Below are positions 60,216-64,000 of a DNA stretch of 64,000 bases, in pieces. The position numbers and the translations under genes were made by a program. How positions within the stretch are numbered: the first letter of the stretch is position 1; every line of letters starts with the position of its first letter. The notes below the pieces were generated by a model, which had not been told where the DNA came from, did not search any database, and worked only from the letters and a program-made list of their open reading frames with translations. Source of the DNA: Prorocentrum cordatum (lineage: Eukaryota); the NCBI GenBank assembly GCA_963575745.1, contig CAUYUJ010000225.1:682001-746000 (forward strand), given 5' to 3'.

Positions 60216-63200
60216 TCCGTTACCGATCGTAGCATCCTGTCGGGCCGCAATCAGGCTGCGAAAAAGAGCCTCGTCAACTCTGGCTCTCGCCGCTGGGTCA
60301 TCGCCACCACTGCTGGCCCCACGCATAGCAGCATGAGCCCGAGCCGAGCATGCTTCGCGCGCCTTGCACGGCTCGAGCAGGTCTTCCAGCCTCCTCGCTT
60401 CAGCACCTCCAGCACTGGGCGGGAGTAGCTCGCCCAATCCTCCGACGCGCCTGCGCGCCTCAAGCAGTAGGGCGCCAGCTGGGGGTAGTCGAGACCGAAC
60501 CGCTTGCATGCGGCCGCCAGAGTTTGAGGCGCGTCACGTAGTCGAAGAAGACCACCAGGCCCCGCTCTCTTCGCTCGCAGGAGACCGCCCCCAGCTCACG
60601 CCCCCGTCGAAGTCGTCGGTCTTGCCGAGCCTGCCGAGCTCCAGGGCCCGGCGCAGGACCGCCCCATGACCCCTTGTCCCTGGATGGCAGCTTCCGACCT
60701 GCGGGGCGAGCTGGAAACGCTGGAGTGCAACGACCTCGCTTGGCCGCATGCGTGTACGTCACGAAGACCAGCATCGCCAAGAAGCCCAGGCTCGGCAAGC
60801 CGCACTCGCATAGGTCCAGGGCGATGGCCAAGGCCGCCACCAACCCGCCAGGGCCGTCGAGGCCAGGGGGGAGCCTCGGCACAGGGGTCAAGGGATGGCA
60901 GGCTCCGCCAGCTGAGCCCGCGTCACTCCAACGGCGTTGTCGTTCGCTCCCGCGTCGTACAGGTACTCCAAGTAGCTCGCCAGCAGCACGCCCCAGTCGC
61001 CCCATGTCCAACACTTGTGTCCGCCGCAGCATCTCCCAAGACGGTACTCGCTCCAGGTGCTCCAGGTAGTTGGCCCGCGTGGCCGGCGCCACCCACGCCG
61101 CTCCCCGCGCCGTCGCCCCGAAGCCGAGCTCCGACAGGCGAGCGGCCGCGTGGGCCGGGCTCCCGGGCACGCCGGGAGGACGACTGGCGCATCGCCCGTC
61201 GCGCCTCCTGGCGTCGGACACTGCCCACCCCGCGAGCCTGCCGCGCCCGGGCCCCGCCCGCCTGCCCTGGCCTCGGGGAGCGGCGTGCCTCGGGCGGGCT
61301 GGCGGGGCGAGCCTCCTGGGGGCGGGCGGCCTCCAGCGTCGGGCTCGCGGCCGCTGACGTCGGAAGCTGGGTCGCGTCCACCTGCGCCACCGCCAGCAGC
61401 CCCCCAGCGCCCTGGCAGCCCGCAGGCGAACGGGACCGCAGCCGCGAGGCGCCGAAGGCCCGGAGGGGGTGACACTCCCCGACGGGCACCGCGGTCTCCA
61501 AAAGGAAGGCGGTTCCCGGCGCAGGCCGAGCCAGAAAGGGTTGCGGTCGTAGAGGTGCTCTGCGCGATGTTCACAAATTGGGTCATACCTTCGGCTAGGA
61601 ACGTCGGCACTATTCCACACTGACGGAACCCAACGATACACGAAACGGCACCCAGAGGCGACGGCCAGCGCACACAGCTCGGCACCGACGCAACAGGAAC
61701 CAAGGGCTTCCCCTTCCTGTCGTGGCGGCACACACCCAGGCCATGGAACCGCTGAGGATAAGATGACGACGGTCCCATGAGACGCCTATCACGACCGATG
61801 CGTCGCGCAGCCCACAGCCCTCCGCCTCCGCCTCTGAGCAGGGACCGACCGTCCCGGCATTCCTATAGGCCTACCGCGATATGGATCGGAATGTTGTTAG
61901 AACCCAAAAATGTTCTAAGAACAATAACAATGCTCTTAGAACATAAGTCCGACGTGTTGAAACAAAACCACAGCAGCACCTCCCAGCAACGATGACACAC
62001 TGGCCAGGGAGCCTCCTTAGCAAACCACTCGGGGATCTCGGGGAACTCCGTCAAGGCGCCAGCCTCCAGGAGCTCGCGGTCCGACCCCCAGGCCAGGAAG
62101 GAGAACGGCACCTCCGCGTCCTCCAGCACGTCCTGCGGCTTAGTGCACTTGCGAAACTCACCGCGGAAACGGCGACGTTCACTGACGCGCCCGATCTCGC
62201 CAACGCTGGTCGACTTGCACCGGCGCGCGGCGACGCCGAACCCGCGGAGCGAAGCGTCCGCCGAGGTCACCTCGGGACTCCAGGGGATGTCCAAGCGAGC
62301 TGCGGCCGTGGGGAGGAGCGCCCATGCAGGCCAGCATTCGTGCCCAACCGAGCCCCAAACCCAGGCGGGCCGCCCCCGAAACCGAATGCCAGACGCATAG
62401 GGCGCCGAGGAGAAGACAGGGAGCAGCTCCTGGCGGAGCTGGAACAGAGCGGAAACGTGGCCAACCAGACGAACCATCTGACGTCCAGTCCGACGAACCC
62501 GACCCTGGAGAACCGCCTTCAAAGCCAGCGCGATCCTCCAGGGCAGCCCCAAGATTTTGGGGCCAGCGCGATCCTCCTCCTCGCGCTGGCCCCAACATCT
62601 TGGGTTCAGGGTTGAGGGTTTAGGGTCTACAAGCTCTGCCGCAGCTGATCCCCTCCTGCCTAGGAGCCCACCTGCGGTGGCTGCCAGTCCCACCCGCAAG
62701 CCACCCTACCATAAAGATCATCTCTCCCCTCGTCGTAAGTACAACTAGTGGAAGCGCTTGGGAGCGCCTGGGAGCGCCCCCAAGCGCCTGGAACGCTTGG
62801 GAGCGCTTGGGAGCGTTGAGACCGCCTGAAATGGAAGTCGCATTGTAAAATGCATAATTCTGTGACAGCGGCGCACTTGGTAAGGAAACTCTCGCACGTG
62901 TATGAAGGCATGATCAGAAAATGAAAGTGCTTGCAAGAAATAGCAATGGTCTACGTCCGCGGAGGTGCATTCGTAGAGTAAATCGCAATGAATTCTGCGC
63001 ACATGATCAGGAAATGATTTGTTTTTGTCAGGGAAAGCAAAGGTTTACGTCCGCGGAGGTGCATTTGTAGTGTAGATCGCCATGGATTCTGCACGCATGA
63101 TCCGGAAATAATGTTTTTCTTTTTTGCAAGGGATAGCAAGGGTTTAGATGCCGGTGCGCATGTACCCGTATGTTCCCGTATGTAGCCGGTTTCGCAGGAT

Positions 63201-63900
63201 TCAGGGTTCAATAATTGTAGGATTAAGAATTCAGGCTGGCCTGGAGGATCGCGCTGGCTCTCCAGCGCCTTCAAAGCCAGCGCGATCCTCCTCCTCCGCC
63301 TCACGTCCAGAGGGGGCCCTAGAGGGCCCCGAGGCGCCCCAGCGGGCTCTCCGCGTCGGCGTCGCGACCGGCCTTTGTTCACTGCGTGTGGGGTAGAAGC
63401 GCTCGACCAATTCCTTGAGCGCTCGGCCGAAAGCTCACCGCAGAGCGCCTGCAAAGCAAGCTATCACATACACCACAAGTTTGAGATCGTCAGTTGTTGC
63501 ATCGTGAGGCGCACAGCTGCAAGCGTAGATTGCACTGACGGCGCCTTCCTGGGTCAGGGGGCCCAGGGGCCTGCGCTGAGCCAAAAAAGGGGTCACTGGG
63601 CACGGCGGGGGCCAGGAGGCTCTTCCTTGCAGACTGGGCGAAGTACACCGCCCACGACCAGCCCATAGGTTCAACGCGGAGCCTGAACCTGACCAACCCA
63701 GAGGGATGGGGCGGGCCCAGGGCGTGCTTTATCCGGATGGGAAGGTCGGACCAACGCACAGGAGGAAGCCCGAACTAACTCCTCAAGCTAGCAGAAACTG
63801 ATAGAAGCAACAGGTGACGTCGCCATGAGCACAGTGCAAGCCAGCCATGGGAATCTCGATGGAGCTGAGCGCCTGAGCAGCAACAAGAGAGGTGCACAAA

Positions 63901-63934
<34 letters not shown>

Positions 63935-64000
63935 AACGAGGTATTGGCGCCCCGTCTATCGAAGATGAGACGCAGGGCGCCGTCTTTCTTTCTCGCAAAA
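59530..64000 (-). mobile_element. Second degenerate DIRS-like retrotransposon (RT-RNase H-YR-DNMT) running off the window end
   Basis: RT: GDVTCCFYQF, PMGWSWAVYFAQ (63480-63870). RNase H: LVGH, SADASLRGFG, RWVPSVWNSADVPSR (61580-62540). YR: MRPSE, GKTDDFD, LRRAGASED, KRGGW (60330-61110). DNMT follows. Confidence 0.88.

Noticed and set aside
1..64000. rRNA, tRNA, prokaryotic operons, viral hallmark genes
   Set aside because: None recognised by inspection; a covariance-model scan would be needed to exclude small RNAs.

Overview
This is GC-rich, microsatellite-saturated eukaryotic DNA, most consistent with a dinoflagellate nuclear genome. That assignment is an inference from GC/GA/GT-AG introns with repeated boundary sequences, unidirectional gene order, a spliced-leader relic and DNMT-carrying DIRS elements. 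Most ORFs in the supplied track are microsatellite or antisense artefacts. Joining short exons by hand gives three minus-strand coding units: (1) an SLC19/reduced-folate-carrier-like transporter with nine phase-consistent exons from 40064 to 4897; (2) an Fe(II)/2-oxoglutarate Asp/Asn-beta-hydroxylase-like domain (45507-42652), whose last intron is a TIR/TSD-bearing MITE and a candidate Introner; (3) a Deltex C-terminal domain (58259-53114). Introns and spacers hold degraded retroelements, all on the minus strand. They are a near full-length APE-RT-RNase H LINE starting with a spliced-leader remnant, a 5'-truncated RT-RNase H LINE, a CRE-like RT, and two DIRS-like tyrosine-recombinase elements each ending in a C5-cytosine methyltransferase domain. 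The window also holds several MITE families and a ~3 kb insertion flanked by an 817-bp direct repeat with a 4-bp microhomology junction. All homology calls come from motifs recognised by eye; no database searches were run.
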